A stretch of 64,000 bases of DNA from contig JANRKS010000034.1 in the NCBI GenBank assembly GCA_033763315.1, positions 160,001 through 224,000 on the forward strand, written 5' to 3'. Below the pieces are notes generated by a model. It was not told the DNA's origin, made no database searches, and was given only the letters and a program-made list of their open reading frames with translations. Made by a program: the position numbers and the translations under genes. Positions 50,382-60,329 of the stretch are shown here, one piece after another (position 1 is the stretch's first letter; each line of letters opens with the position of its first letter). The stretch is from Deltaproteobacteria bacterium (GTDB taxonomy: Bacteria > Myxococcota_A > Polyangia > Fen-1088).

Positions 50382-51455
50382 ATGGCGGCAACGCGCGCGG
50401 GCTTTGCGAAATCCCTTTTGTCTTGGTACGACCGCGAACGCCGCGACCTACCTTGGCGGGGGCAATCGGATCCCTACCGCGTGTGGATCTCGGAGGCCAT
50501 GTTGCAGCAAACGGTGGTGGCGACCGTGATCCCTTATTACCAGCGCTTCTTGCGGGCGTTCCCCACGGTGCAAGCGCTGGCCCGTGCTCCTGAAGGAGAT
50601 GTGCTGCACGCGTGGGCGGGCCTTGGTTATTACAGCCGCGCTCGCAGCTTGAAACGGGCCGCTCAGATGGTGGTGGAAGAATTTGGAGGCCGCATGCCTG
50701 CCACCGAGGCACAGCTGCTGCGCCTGCCTGGCGTGGGGCCTTACACAGCGGCGGCGGTGGCCGCGATTGCGTATGGCCACCACACGTTTCCTTTGGACGG
50801 CAATGCCATTCGTGTGATGGCGCGGCTGGCAAACGATGACAGCTTCATCGACGACGACGCGACGAAACAGGCTTTGCGTAACGTGGGCCAAGCGCTTGTG
50901 CCACGTGGCCGTGCGGGGGATTTTGCACAGGCGGTGATGGATTTGGGGGCCCGTGTCTGTTTGCCCCGCACCCCCAAGTGCGATGTGTGCCCCGTGGCTC
51001 GGTTTTGCGAAGCGCGCGTGCAGGGCACGGCGAAAGAGCTGCCTCGACGTAGGCCACGTCGCCCGAAAAAGCCAGTGCGCCTCATGTGCATCGCGATGTT
51101 GTGCGATGACGACGTGTTGCTGTTGCAACAGCCGTCCAAAGGTCTATTGGGCGGCACATGGACACTGCCGTCAGTGACGATGGCTGACGATGAACCGGTG
51201 CCCGCGGCGGCGTTACGCATCGCCGCTTCGTATGGCCTGCGTGCGCAAATCCAGGTGTCGCCAAGCCTTGTTCATCACGTCTTTACCCACTTAGATGTCA
51301 AAGCCCATGTGGCTTTGGTCACGCTGAAAGCGGCCACAAAAGCCAAGGTTTCTAAAGCCTTCCCGCAAGCACGATGGATCCCTTGCGCTGATGCGTCTAG
51401 CTTGCCGCTGGCGTCGTTCACCAAGAAGCTTTTGGCTTGTGTTGGCGCGCGCTAG
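50382..51455 (+). CDS. mutY: A/G-specific adenine glycosylase
   Basis: RDLPWR, SEAMLQQT, WAGLGYYSRAR, LPGVGPYTA, C-x6-C-x2-C-x5-C. Confidence 0.95.
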   Translation: MAATRAGFAKSLLSWYDRERRDLPWRGQSDPYRVWISEAMLQQTVVATVIPYYQRFLRAFPTVQALARAPEGDVLHAWAGLGYYSRARSLKRAAQMVVEEFGGRMPATEAQLLRLPGVGPYTAAAVAAIAYGHHTFPLDGNAIRVMARLANDDSFIDDDATKQALRNVGQALVPRGRAGDFAQAVMDLGARVCLPRTPKCDVCPVARFCEARVQGTAKELPRRRPRRPKKPVRLMCIAMLCDDDVLLLQQPSKGLLGGTWTLPSVTMADDEPVPAAALRIAASYGLRAQIQVSPSLVHHVFTHLDVKAHVALVTLKAATKAKVSKAFPQARWIPCADASSLPLASFTKKLLACVGAR

Positions 51456-51486
51456 CCGCTTTGATACCCGTCACAAGGAGTTTCGT

Positions 51487-52314
51487 TTGCAACTGATTCA
51501 GAAAACGTTGTTCGCCACAGCTGCTCTATCGCTTCTCACGTCGGGGTTCGCGCTCGCTGCAGACGCGCCTGAGAAAGCAAAGCCCGGATACACAGACACG
51601 CCGTTGCAGCCAAACGGTAAGTGGCACGTCCACGACTCGAACCGTGCACGGCCGCCCGTGATCACGCCCGGTGAATTCAGCACAGAGGCGAAGGTTGGCA
51701 AACCGCCATCGGATGCCGTGGTGCTTGTGGGCTCCGGCAGTGATCTGTCAGCGTGGCAACATGAAGGCGGCGCCGCGCCGACGTGGAAGATGAAGGGTGG
51801 CGTTCTGCAAACCGGAAAGGGTTACCTGGAAACGAAGCAGTCGTTTCAAGATTTCCAATTGCACATCGAATGGGCCAGTCCGAAAAAGGTCGAGGGCGAC
51901 GGGCAGGGGCGCGGCAACAGCGGCGTGTTTTTGTTGGGCAAATTTGAGGTGCAGGTGCTTGATAGCTTCAACAACGAAACGTACGCTGACGGCCAAGCCT
52001 CGGCGATGTACGGGCAATACCCGCCGCTTGTAAATGCATGTCGGGCGCCCGGCAAGTGGCAGGTTTACGACATCGTCTTTAAGGCCCCGCGCTTCAAAGG
52101 CCCCAAGGTGGAAAGCCCCGCCACGGTCACTGTGCTTCACAACGGTGTGGTCACGCATGCGGGCACAGCCTACTTCGGGCCCACTTCGCACAAGGCAAAT
52201 CCACCTTATACGCCTGCCGATGCCAGTGGGCCGCTGCGGCTGCAAGATCACGGAAACCCCGTGAGTTACCGCAACGTCTGGATTCGGCCGCTTAAGAATT
52301 ACGACGAACCATAG
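51487..52314 (+). CDS. DUF1080 (3-keto-disaccharide hydrolase-like) exported protein
   Basis: AAGGAG + TTG, PPSDA, GNSGVF, EVQVLDS, LQDHGNPVSYRNVW. Confidence 0.88.
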   Translation: MQLIQKTLFATAALSLLTSGFALAADAPEKAKPGYTDTPLQPNGKWHVHDSNRARPPVITPGEFSTEAKVGKPPSDAVVLVGSGSDLSAWQHEGGAAPTWKMKGGVLQTGKGYLETKQSFQDFQLHIEWASPKKVEGDGQGRGNSGVFLLGKFEVQVLDSFNNETYADGQASAMYGQYPPLVNACRAPGKWQVYDIVFKAPRFKGPKVESPATVTVLHNGVVTHAGTAYFGPTSHKANPPYTPADASGPLRLQDHGNPVSYRNVWIRPLKNYDEP

Positions 52315-52322
52315 GCCGCCGC

Positions 52323-52358
52323 GATGGTGGCCCCCGCTGGAGGAAGCGGGGCGCCATC
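52323..52358. terminator. GC-rich hairpin after the DUF1080 gene
   Basis: GATGGTG.CCCCGCT-GGAGGA-AGCGGGG.CGCCATC; no U-tract. Confidence 0.35.
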
Positions 52359-52410
52359 AAGCGATGCTTTCGGCCTGCCGATGGGTAGGGCTTGAGGCAG
52401 AATTAAGACT

Positions 52411-53211
52411 GTGGACGTAAGGCGGGACATTGAGCGGGGACTCGCTTGTTATGGCCGGGGCGCTGTTCTTGAAGCGCTTGAGGCTTGGCGCAGAGCTTTG
52501 CACGACGCCCCTCGCAATGAAGAAGCGCAGCGATTGGTTGAGCTTGTGGAGCGACGCTTGGCAAGCCCTGCGCCTGCCGAGCCCACACTGCAGCGTCGGC
52601 GCCCTACGTCGCCTGGCGCGGCACCGCAGCGTATGGTCGAAAATGATCTAACGCCTGTATCGCCGCTTTCGGCGTGGTTGGCACCCAGCACCCACCCCAC
52701 CGAGCTTGAGCTTATGGTGGCCAACGAAGACGGCGCGCCCGTGAAGACGACGCATGAGGTGTCTACGCGGCCCGTGATGACGGAAGCGCCGCCCTTGGTG
52801 CGTCGTCCGCAATCGTCGGCGGCGGATCGCGCTCAGTTTCAGATAGACCAGTGCCAGCGTTTCTTGGTGCAGGACGATCCGAAATCAGCGGCCGCAGCGG
52901 CGGAGCTCGCGCTGCAAGCGGCGGAGGCCGCGGATGATGCACAAGCGTGGGCGTTGCTTGGGCCGCGTCTGTCCTTGATTGAGCGAGCGTTTGCCATGTC
53001 GCTTGGACCCAAGACGGGAATCCCATACCTTGTGCGTGGGTTAAGCGCGATCGATAGCAAGACGGTTGATCACCGCGTGGGCTACTTGGCTTCGTGCATC
53101 GATGGGCACACCGATTTGGCGTCGTTGCTGGACATCTGCGGCATGCCTCGGCTTGAGGCGCTGCGTGCGTTGGCGCAGCTGTATTTCCACGGTTTCTTGC
53201 GGCTTCGCTGA
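52411..53211 (+). CDS. Hypothetical protein (TPR-like N-terminus, wHTH-like C-terminus)
   Basis: DHRVGYLASCIDG...LLDICGMPRLEALRAL..L. Confidence 0.65.
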   Translation: MDVRRDIERGLACYGRGAVLEALEAWRRALHDAPRNEEAQRLVELVERRLASPAPAEPTLQRRRPTSPGAAPQRMVENDLTPVSPLSAWLAPSTHPTELELMVANEDGAPVKTTHEVSTRPVMTEAPPLVRRPQSSAADRAQFQIDQCQRFLVQDDPKSAAAAAELALQAAEAADDAQAWALLGPRLSLIERAFAMSLGPKTGIPYLVRGLSAIDSKTVDHRVGYLASCIDGHTDLASLLDICGMPRLEALRALAQLYFHGFLRLR

Positions 53212-53224
53212 ACGTGATTGGGTG

Positions 53225-54547
53225 CTAGCCCTGAGCGGCGCGCGGCAGGTCATCAATCCAATCGTTGCTGCGCAACTCTTCGGTGACGGTGCAAAGCTGT
53301 GTCACGAGTTCACCGCCGGGGTAGAGCGCCAGGGCCGCTTGGGTCAAGTTCACCTTGGCCTCCATCTGGGCGGGCAACAGCGCCAAAAGCTTGCGTAGCT
53401 TGGTCGCTGTTTTATCGATCAAGAATGTGACTTCGGAAGCCAGCTTCTGCGCTTGCGCCACCGGGAACAAATCGAAGGCCTCATCACCAGGCAGAGCTGG
53501 CACAGCCGCCAATTCTGTTGAAGACACGAACGAAGGCATGTACATGCGCAGCGTTTCTTCTTCCGTGACCATGGCAGATGGGGCTGCCGGCTCGGGCGCC
53601 ACAATGTCTATCTCGATTGACACCTCTGTAGGAGTTAGCGAGCGCTCCTCAAGTTGCTCAAGTTGCTTTTGCAGCTCTTCATCTTGCGGCCGAAGATCGA
53701 GTGCGCGGTGAACCGTGTCAAGCGCCAGGGCACGTCGACCTTGATCACGGTGAACTTGCACAAGCGCCTTAAGCAACGTCACGCACTTGTCGGTGTTGCC
53801 AAGCAGAGCGAAGGCTTGTGCCAGCAGATCCAGCAGTTCGGCGTCTTTCGGTGTTTCGTCGTAACACATGCGCAAGCGCGCCAACGCGAAGCGGCCGTTG
53901 TTGCGCACGATGTAGCCCTTGGCGATGTCGCGCGCCAGCACCGTGTTGCGGGGCTCTTCCTTCAAGATCTGCTCGGCCACGCGCAGGTATTCATCGATGC
54001 GGCCCGCGGCTTTAAGTGCAATCGCGGCCGAACGCAGTGTCTCAATGGCCTCCGTGCGAAAGCCCAACGATAAGGCCGTCTCGGCAAAGTGCAGCTGTAT
54101 GCGCACGTCGTGAGGGTTGAGCTGCAAAATGCAGCGTAGGGCGCTCAACGCTTCGGTGGAGCGATCTTGCAGTTGGCAGGCCTTGAGCAGCGCCTCGTAT
54201 TGCAGCGTGGCGTCCGAAAGCAACCCGAGGTGCCCCGACAGCTCCGCGACGTTTTTAAGCGCGTCCAAATCATCGGGAACAAGCGCCAGAACGTTCTTGT
54301 AAAGCGCAAGCGCATGGCGCTGAAAGCCTTTGCGGGCGTGAATCGCGGCTGCGTTGCGGTAGGCTTCCACAGCGTTGCGCCCGTCGCCTGTGCGGGCATA
54401 AAGCTCCGCCACGCGCAGCCATGTGCGTGCATCGTCTGGATCCCGTTGTACAACGGCCAGGAATTCATCAAGGGCTTTGTGAAGGCTGCCACGTTCAAGT
54501 TGGTGGCTGCCTCGGACGACGTGCTGTTCGATGGTGTTCCTGCGCAT
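53225..54547 (-). CDS. TPR-repeat protein
   Basis: Multiple TPR-like helices (DPDDART.LRVAELY..G). Confidence 0.75.
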   Translation of the reverse strand: MRRNTIEQHVVRGSHQLERGSLHKALDEFLAVVQRDPDDARTWLRVAELYARTGDGRNAVEAYRNAAAIHARKGFQRHALALYKNVLALVPDDLDALKNVAELSGHLGLLSDATLQYEALLKACQLQDRSTEALSALRCILQLNPHDVRIQLHFAETALSLGFRTEAIETLRSAAIALKAAGRIDEYLRVAEQILKEEPRNTVLARDIAKGYIVRNNGRFALARLRMCYDETPKDAELLDLLAQAFALLGNTDKCVTLLKALVQVHRDQGRRALALDTVHRALDLRPQDEELQKQLEQLEERSLTPTEVSIEIDIVAPEPAAPSAMVTEEETLRMYMPSFVSSTELAAVPALPGDEAFDLFPVAQAQKLASEVTFLIDKTATKLRKLLALLPAQMEAKVNLTQAALALYPGGELVTQLCTVTEELRSNDWIDDLPRAAQG

Positions 54548-54622
54548 GGGCGTTGGCCGCCAGTAACATCGGTTTGTGTGGGCGCGCAGTTGAGCCCATC
54601 GGACGACGTTTGGCGCCTCCCA

Positions 54623-56110
54623 TCACGGGTAGAGCGCACTTTGATACTGAAGGGGCACCGACACACCAAAAACGCCAAGGCACATCTCGTTTAGGGTTCC
54701 TTCACCAAGTTCTACGTCGACAGGAGCCGTTTTGCCTTGGTCTTCTAAGATATGGGCCAGGGCAGGGTTGTCCAACGAGTTGTCGTAAGTGCAGCGAAAG
54801 TGCAGTTCATCGCCTGGGTAAACGCTGGGCACGTCTGCCAACGGCGCGTCGTAGGTGTAGCCGCGTTGCCAGTCAAAGTCCCACTTCGGCGTTTGCACCA
54901 AACACTCTTGGGAGGGCAGCCCTTGCGTGGGAACGGGACGCACGAGATCAATCTTCATGTCGCGCCCGAGGTAATGCATGTGTGTGCCCACGGTCCACAG
55001 ACGCACGGCGACGCCGTTTTGACGAGCCATGGGGCTGCCGGGGATCTTGAATCGCATCGACTCCACGTGGCTCTTGGCGCCGGCGGGGATGTGGAATCTC
55101 ACCTGACCTCCGTCGTCGTTCGGTCCCGGAAGCAACCCAAATCCATCTCCCCCCGCCGCTGCGATGTTGGGCCTGCCGAAGTTGCCGATGAGTGCCAAGC
55201 GTCCCGCGTTCTTGGGCGGCGTCGTGGACCACCGCAACTGCATCGCCGTGTCGCTGTCTGTTTGTACCGAACCCGTAGGATGGTAGTGAACGTTCATGAT
55301 GATGCGCGAGCCGGCCTTCAACAAGATGGCCACATCGGGCGGCGTGGTGGAGGGCAGGGCGCCTGGAGCCCACGCCCCAATGAGTTCCGCGGCCCCTGAG
55401 ATGCCGGGACCACCGAAGCATGGGTAATACCCCGTCGCTCCCGCTTTGGCCGCTGATTCGCCTTTGGGGTCCACGTAAAGCAACACATGGTGAACGATCG
55501 CTGGGTTGCCAGCCGTGATCTGCGAGCCATCCACCCACACATCTTGAGTCACCTGCGGATCCAAGCTGAAGCACAGGAACTGATCTTCTTTGCCATCAAT
55601 GTTTACGGAGGTGGGAAGCTTGAGGCGCACGTTTGCGTTCTTGAGCTCCAGATCCGGCGCTTGTGGAAGCGCTGCGGCCTGGGATGCGTCGCCGGCGGGC
55701 TTTCCGTCTGCGAGCCATCCCTGCAAGATGGCTCGATCGGCTGCAGACACACGCAAGTCGTCTTTCCAGCCAAAGCGCGGCCGGCATTCAGCCGTTTCCT
55801 GTGCGCTCCATGGCGGCATCTCGCCGGCTTCGACCGCCTCGACTGCCGCTTGTGCCCAACGTTTGGCGCCATCATAGTTTGTGAGATCGAACGGAGCGAT
55901 GCCGTTGGGCTTGTGGCAGCCTGCGCAGCTTCTTTGCAGGATGGGCGCAACGTTTTGGTAGTACGTCATGCCACTGGGTAAAATTAGGCCGTCAACGGCA
56001 GCGTCCGCGACGTTGTTAGAAGGTCTTGTTTCAGAACACCCAGCAACGCACAGCCCAATCAACACGCAATGCCGCATCACTTCGCGCTGATAACGATGAA
56101 CAAGCCGCAT
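54623..56110 (-). CDS. Lipoprotein: c-type heme motif + copper type II ascorbate-dependent monooxygenase-like domains
   Basis: VAGC lipobox, CAGCH, VHH, HYH, HMH, EMC. Confidence 0.8.
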   Translation of the reverse strand: MRLVHRYQREVMRHCVLIGLCVAGCSETRPSNNVADAAVDGLILPSGMTYYQNVAPILQRSCAGCHKPNGIAPFDLTNYDGAKRWAQAAVEAVEAGEMPPWSAQETAECRPRFGWKDDLRVSAADRAILQGWLADGKPAGDASQAAALPQAPDLELKNANVRLKLPTSVNIDGKEDQFLCFSLDPQVTQDVWVDGSQITAGNPAIVHHVLLYVDPKGESAAKAGATGYYPCFGGPGISGAAELIGAWAPGALPSTTPPDVAILLKAGSRIIMNVHYHPTGSVQTDSDTAMQLRWSTTPPKNAGRLALIGNFGRPNIAAAGGDGFGLLPGPNDDGGQVRFHIPAGAKSHVESMRFKIPGSPMARQNGVAVRLWTVGTHMHYLGRDMKIDLVRPVPTQGLPSQECLVQTPKWDFDWQRGYTYDAPLADVPSVYPGDELHFRCTYDNSLDNPALAHILEDQGKTAPVDVELGEGTLNEMCLGVFGVSVPLQYQSALYP

Positions 56111-56131
56111 GACGCGCCTACCGTAACACGT

Positions 56132-56323
56132 TTAGTAGTGCGGCGGTGGTTCGTTTGCAGGGCCGGACGGCAATGCCGCGTCAATCACGGATGTGCGTAA
56201 TCTGATGAGCTCGCGTTCCAAAACCTCCACGCGCGCGGCAAAGGCCCGAACCACTTCATCGAGATCTGCAATGAGCCTGTCCTGATAGGCGATCCGTTCT
56301 TCAAGCTCGATAATGTTTGCCAC
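56132..56323 (-). CDS. slyX: SlyX family protein
   Basis: LEERIAYQ...EPPPHY. Confidence 0.9.
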   Translation of the reverse strand: MANIIELEERIAYQDRLIADLDEVVRAFAARVEVLERELIRLRTSVIDAALPSGPANEPPPHY

Positions 56324-56418
56324 GGGCGCAGACTAGCCGAGGGTGGCCCACGGCGCACGCGCCCGCCCAGGTTGAACCACGACACGCCGCTGAGTTCGCG
56401 TTCTTGACGCAGGCCTCG

Positions 56419-56853
56419 CTAGGCGTTGAGGAGCCACGCTTGCATCTGACGTTCACCCACCAAGCCCGCTTGCTGCGAAACCAGGCGGCCTTGCTTGAGC
56501 ACAGCAAAATTGGGAATGCCCTGCACATTGAAACGCGCGGCCAAGGACGGATGCTTCTCGGTATCAACCTTGAGGACGATCGCTTTGCCCGCCATGTTTG
56601 CTGCCACGTTTTTCACGGCCGGAGCGGCCATGCGACAAGGCTGGCACCACGCCGCCCAAAAATCCACGAGCACTGGCACCGTGGCTTCGCCGACCACGTG
56701 ATCAAAGGTTTCGGGATCGACATCTAACGGTTCGGCCAACGCGGAGAGGGCGGCTTTGCAGTGACCACAGCGACCGTCGTCGGCAAGGTGTTTAGCAGGC
56801 ACGCGGTTCTTACTGCCACAGCTCGAACAAGTCCTGATGATTCCGTTCGTCAT
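56419..56853 (-). CDS. trxC: Thioredoxin 2 (Zn-binding N-terminus)
   Basis: CSSC..NRVP, CGHC, WCQPC; GGAGGAG SD. Confidence 0.9.
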   Translation of the reverse strand: MTNGIIRTCSSCGSKNRVPAKHLADDGRCGHCKAALSALAEPLDVDPETFDHVVGEATVPVLVDFWAAWCQPCRMAAPAVKNVAANMAGKAIVLKVDTEKHPSLAARFNVQGIPNFAVLKQGRLVSQQAGLVGERQMQAWLLNA

Positions 56854-56922
56854 TCCGCTCGTCTCCTCCCATTAGAAGCCGCCTCGTGACCAAAGGATTC
56901 GCGGGAACGGCCGGACCGTGTG

Positions 56923-56937
56923 ATAGCCTACCGCTAT
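56923..56937. promoter_or_regulatory. OxyR-type box
   Basis: ATAG-N7-CTAT immediately upstream of the oxyR ATG. Confidence 0.65.
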
Positions 56938-56939
56938 CG

Positions 56940-57848
56940 ATGAATTTTGCTCCTCATCCCTTTACGCTTCGACAGCTGCAATACGCTGTGGCGGTGGCCG
57001 AAGAGCTGTCTTTTCGCCGCGCCGCTGAACGTTGCCGTGTGGCGCAGCCTTCGTTAAGCGCGCAGGTGGCCCAGCTTGAGGACGCGTTAGGCGTTCAAGT
57101 GTTCGAACGGACGCAGCGCAAAGTGATCGTGACGGCGGCGGGGCACCACGTGCTTGAACGCGCCAAGCGGCTGCTGCTCGCGTCGGACGATCTGGGGCAA
57201 GCCGCAAAGCTGGCGGGCAACCCGCTTGAGGGCACGCTGCGTTTGGGCATCATCCCCACCATTTCGCCTTATCTATTGCCCAACGTTACACGCAAGGTGC
57301 GGGCGCGCTTTACAAAACTGACCTTGGCATGGGCCGAAGAAAAAACCGAAGTCGTGGCGGCGCGCTTAAGCGCAGGTGAGCTTGATGGCGCGGTGGTGGC
57401 GCTCGAGGCTGACATTGCTGATGTTGATCGCGAGATCTTGGCGCGCGATCCTTTCGTGCTGGTGACGGCCCCCGAACACCCCTTGGCCGCGAAGACGACG
57501 CCCGTGACGGCGCAAGAACTCAATGGCGAAGAGATGCTGCTGCTTGACGACGGCCATTGCTTTCGGACGCAGGCCCTTGAGGTGTGCTCGACGCTCCGGG
57601 CGCGTGAAGGCGAATTTCGCGCGACCAGTTTGTCAACGTTGGTGCAGATGGTGGCGGGCGGCGCTGGCATCACGTTGTTGCCCGCACTGGCGGTGCCCAC
57701 GGAAACCAAGCGGGCGCGCTTGCACGTGAGGCCGCTGGCCGGGCGCGCTGCTTTCAGAACGATCGCCATGGTGTGGCGAAAACAATCGCCCCTGGCCGCG
57801 CCGTTGCAGCAACTGGCGGCCGTCATCAAAGACGCTTATCCCACGTGA
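56940..57848 (+). CDS. oxyR: H2O2-inducible LysR regulator OxyR
   Basis: LysR HTH; LDDGHCFRTQALEVC (two Cys 9 residues apart) and FRATSL.TL.QMV. Confidence 0.85.
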   Translation: MNFAPHPFTLRQLQYAVAVAEELSFRRAAERCRVAQPSLSAQVAQLEDALGVQVFERTQRKVIVTAAGHHVLERAKRLLLASDDLGQAAKLAGNPLEGTLRLGIIPTISPYLLPNVTRKVRARFTKLTLAWAEEKTEVVAARLSAGELDGAVVALEADIADVDREILARDPFVLVTAPEHPLAAKTTPVTAQELNGEEMLLLDDGHCFRTQALEVCSTLRAREGEFRATSLSTLVQMVAGGAGITLLPALAVPTETKRARLHVRPLAGRAAFRTIAMVWRKQSPLAAPLQQLAAVIKDAYPT

Positions 57849-57894
57849 AGCGCTTTTGCTGGCCGAACGAAGCGCCAGCGTTCAGACTGGCCGC

Positions 57895-58137
57895 GTGGCA
57901 AACGCGAAGGACCCGTTACACGGCGTCACCTTAGAAATGATCGTCACCGCATTGGTTCACCACTTCGGCTGGGAAGAGCTGGGCCAGCAGGTGAACGTGC
58001 GCTGTTTTACGCACGACCCAAGCGTCGCCTCCAGCTTGAAGTTCCTGCGGCGCACGCCGTGGGCGCGCCAAAAGGTTGAGAGCCTTTACCTATTCATGCT
58101 GCGCGAGCAGGCACGCCGCGCGCGCGGCGAACAATAA
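57895..58137 (+). CDS. VF530/DUF2132 family DNA-binding protein
   Basis: DPLHGVTLE, SSLKFLRRTPWAR.KVESLYL. Confidence 0.9.
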   Translation: MANAKDPLHGVTLEMIVTALVHHFGWEELGQQVNVRCFTHDPSVASSLKFLRRTPWARQKVESLYLFMLREQARRARGEQ

Positions 58138-58174
58138 CCGCGCAAGCCCGCGCCGAAGGGCTAAACTGCGACGC

Positions 58175-58681
58175 ATGATCTACCAAACAGTACAGCAGAT
58201 GAAGAAGCAGTTGCTTCAACTGAACCAGTGGTTCGACGCCGCTGTGGCTCACGCGGACGCTAAGAAGTTTGATCCGAACCTTTATTTGGGCTTCCGCCTG
58301 GCGCCCGATCAATTTGGCCTTGTGAAGCAGGTTCAAGTGGCGTGCGATACATCGAAACTGATGGCGGCGCGTTTGACCGGCAAAGAGGCGCCCAAACATG
58401 CGGACGATGAAAAAACGTTGGAAGAGTTGCGTGCACGCGTGGCGGATGTGGCCACGTACCTTGGCACGTTCACTGAACAGGATTTTGCCGGCGCGGCTGA
58501 GCGTGTGATCACGCAGCCCCGATGGGAAGGCAAAGTTATGTCTGGGGCTGACTACTTCCTGGAGCACGCTGTTCCGAACTTCTTCTTTCACCTCGCCCAC
58601 GCTTACGCCATCCTGCGCCACAACGGCGTGCCGCTTGGCAAACGTGATTACCTGGGGGCATTGACGCAGCGCCTGCCGTAA
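58175..58681 (+). CDS. DUF1993 family protein
   Basis: RLAPD, QVQVACD, PNFFFH..HAYAILRHNGVPLGKRDYLG. Confidence 0.92.
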   Translation: MIYQTVQQMKKQLLQLNQWFDAAVAHADAKKFDPNLYLGFRLAPDQFGLVKQVQVACDTSKLMAARLTGKEAPKHADDEKTLEELRARVADVATYLGTFTEQDFAGAAERVITQPRWEGKVMSGADYFLEHAVPNFFFHLAHAYAILRHNGVPLGKRDYLGALTQRLP

Positions 58682-58782
58682 CGACGTTCACCGGTCGGGC
58701 CGCATTTTGGGGTGGCAAGGGCTCTTCAGGACGACTACAGTCCAGGTCAACGCCTGGCTTAGCCACGCGCGGTGGTCACCTG

Positions 58783-60321
58783 ATGAGCCTGCCTTCCCCT
58801 CTGCTTGCGACGTTCGACCTGCACAAGGCGTATGCCCAACCCGTCCTTAGGGGGGTGAACTGGGCCGTGCGCGCGGGCGAGGTGCACGCGCTGGTGGGTG
58901 AGAACGGGGCGGGAAAAAGCACTTTGGCGCGCGTGGTGTGCGGCATGACCTCGCCAAACGCAGGGCACATGCAACTGGCAGGACGGCCTTGGTCGCCTTC
59001 GTCACGCCGCGACGCCGACGCCCAAGGGGTGCGCATGGTCTTGCAAGAGCTTGGCGCGATCGGCACCTTGACAGTGGCCGAAAATATCTTTCGCGGCCGG
59101 CTGCCCACCAAAGGCGGCGGCCGCTGGGGCGTGATCGATCGCAAGCGGCTTCACGAGGAGGCGCGCGTGTGGATGGCGGCCGTGGGGTTGCAGGATGTGG
59201 CGCCTGACGCGCTGGTAAGTTCGTTGGGCGTGGGTCAAAAGCAACTGGTCGAGATTGCCGGGGCGCTGACGAGCGATGTGAAGCTGCTGATTCTTGATGA
59301 GCCCACAGCGGCGCTGACGGGACCCGAGACACAGAAATTGTTTGAACAGATCCGCCGCCTTTGTGCCGGGGGAACCGCGGTGGTTTACATTTCGCATCGG
59401 CTCGAAGAGTTGCAGGAAATTGCAACGCGTTTGACGGTGTTGCGCGATGGCGTGATGGTGGGAACGCACAACACGGCCGATCTGAGCATCGACAAAATCA
59501 TCAAGTTGATGGCCGGGCGCGCTCTTTCTGCGGATGAGTTTGCGACCGCACAGCATGGCGAAGATGTGGGAATTGAGGTGCGAAATCTACGCGTCAACGG
59601 TGTGGTTCGCGATGTCTCATTTTCGGCCCATAAAGGCGAGATCTTGGGCTTTGCGGGTTTGATGGGCGCTGGTCGCACCGAAACGATGCGCGCGTTGTTC
59701 GGTGCCGACGTGCGCGACGCAGGAGAGGTGTTCATTGATGGCGAGCCCGTCACCATCCGTCACCCGCGCGACGCTGTACGAGCGGGCGTGGCATTGTTGA
59801 CCGAAGATCGTAAGGAGCAGGGCTTGTTGCTTCCGCTTGGGATCACAACCAACGTGAGCGTTGTCAATTTGCCTGCCCTCGCCAAGCACGGCGTGATTGA
59901 CGAAAGCAACGAAGCTTCGGTGGCCGAACGATTCAGGCAAACGCTTGCTGTCAAAGCGCACAATCTATCGCAGCCCGTGGGTGAACTTTCTGGCGGCAAC
60001 CAGCAGAAGGTCCTGATCGCGCGGTGGCTGTTTCGTGATTGCCGCGTGTTGATCTTCGACGAGCCCACGCGTGGCATCGACGTGGGGGCGCGTTTCGAGA
60101 TCTACAAATTGATGCGCGACTTGGCCCACGCCGGCAAAACAATTTTGGTTGTGTCGTCGGATTTGACTGAACTCATGCAGATTTGCCACCGCATCGCCGT
60201 GTTGTCGCGCGGCGAGCTGGTGCAAACGTTTAGGAGAGATACATGGACGCAGGCGTCGATCATGGCAGCGGCATTCTCGGGCTATCTGGGAAAGGCAGCC
60301 ACCGACCAAGCCGAAGCTTAA
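58783..60321 (+). CDS. Sugar ABC transporter ATP-binding protein (RbsA-like)
   Basis: GENGAGKST, LDEPTAAL, LSGGNQQKV, DEPTRGIDVG. Confidence 0.95.
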   Translation: MSLPSPLLATFDLHKAYAQPVLRGVNWAVRAGEVHALVGENGAGKSTLARVVCGMTSPNAGHMQLAGRPWSPSSRRDADAQGVRMVLQELGAIGTLTVAENIFRGRLPTKGGGRWGVIDRKRLHEEARVWMAAVGLQDVAPDALVSSLGVGQKQLVEIAGALTSDVKLLILDEPTAALTGPETQKLFEQIRRLCAGGTAVVYISHRLEELQEIATRLTVLRDGVMVGTHNTADLSIDKIIKLMAGRALSADEFATAQHGEDVGIEVRNLRVNGVVRDVSFSAHKGEILGFAGLMGAGRTETMRALFGADVRDAGEVFIDGEPVTIRHPRDAVRAGVALLTEDRKEQGLLLPLGITTNVSVVNLPALAKHGVIDESNEASVAERFRQTLAVKAHNLSQPVGELSGGNQQKVLIARWLFRDCRVLIFDEPTRGIDVGARFEIYKLMRDLAHAGKTILVVSSDLTELMQICHRIAVLSRGELVQTFRRDTWTQASIMAAAFSGYLGKAATDQAEA

Positions 60322-60329
60322 GGCCGCGC

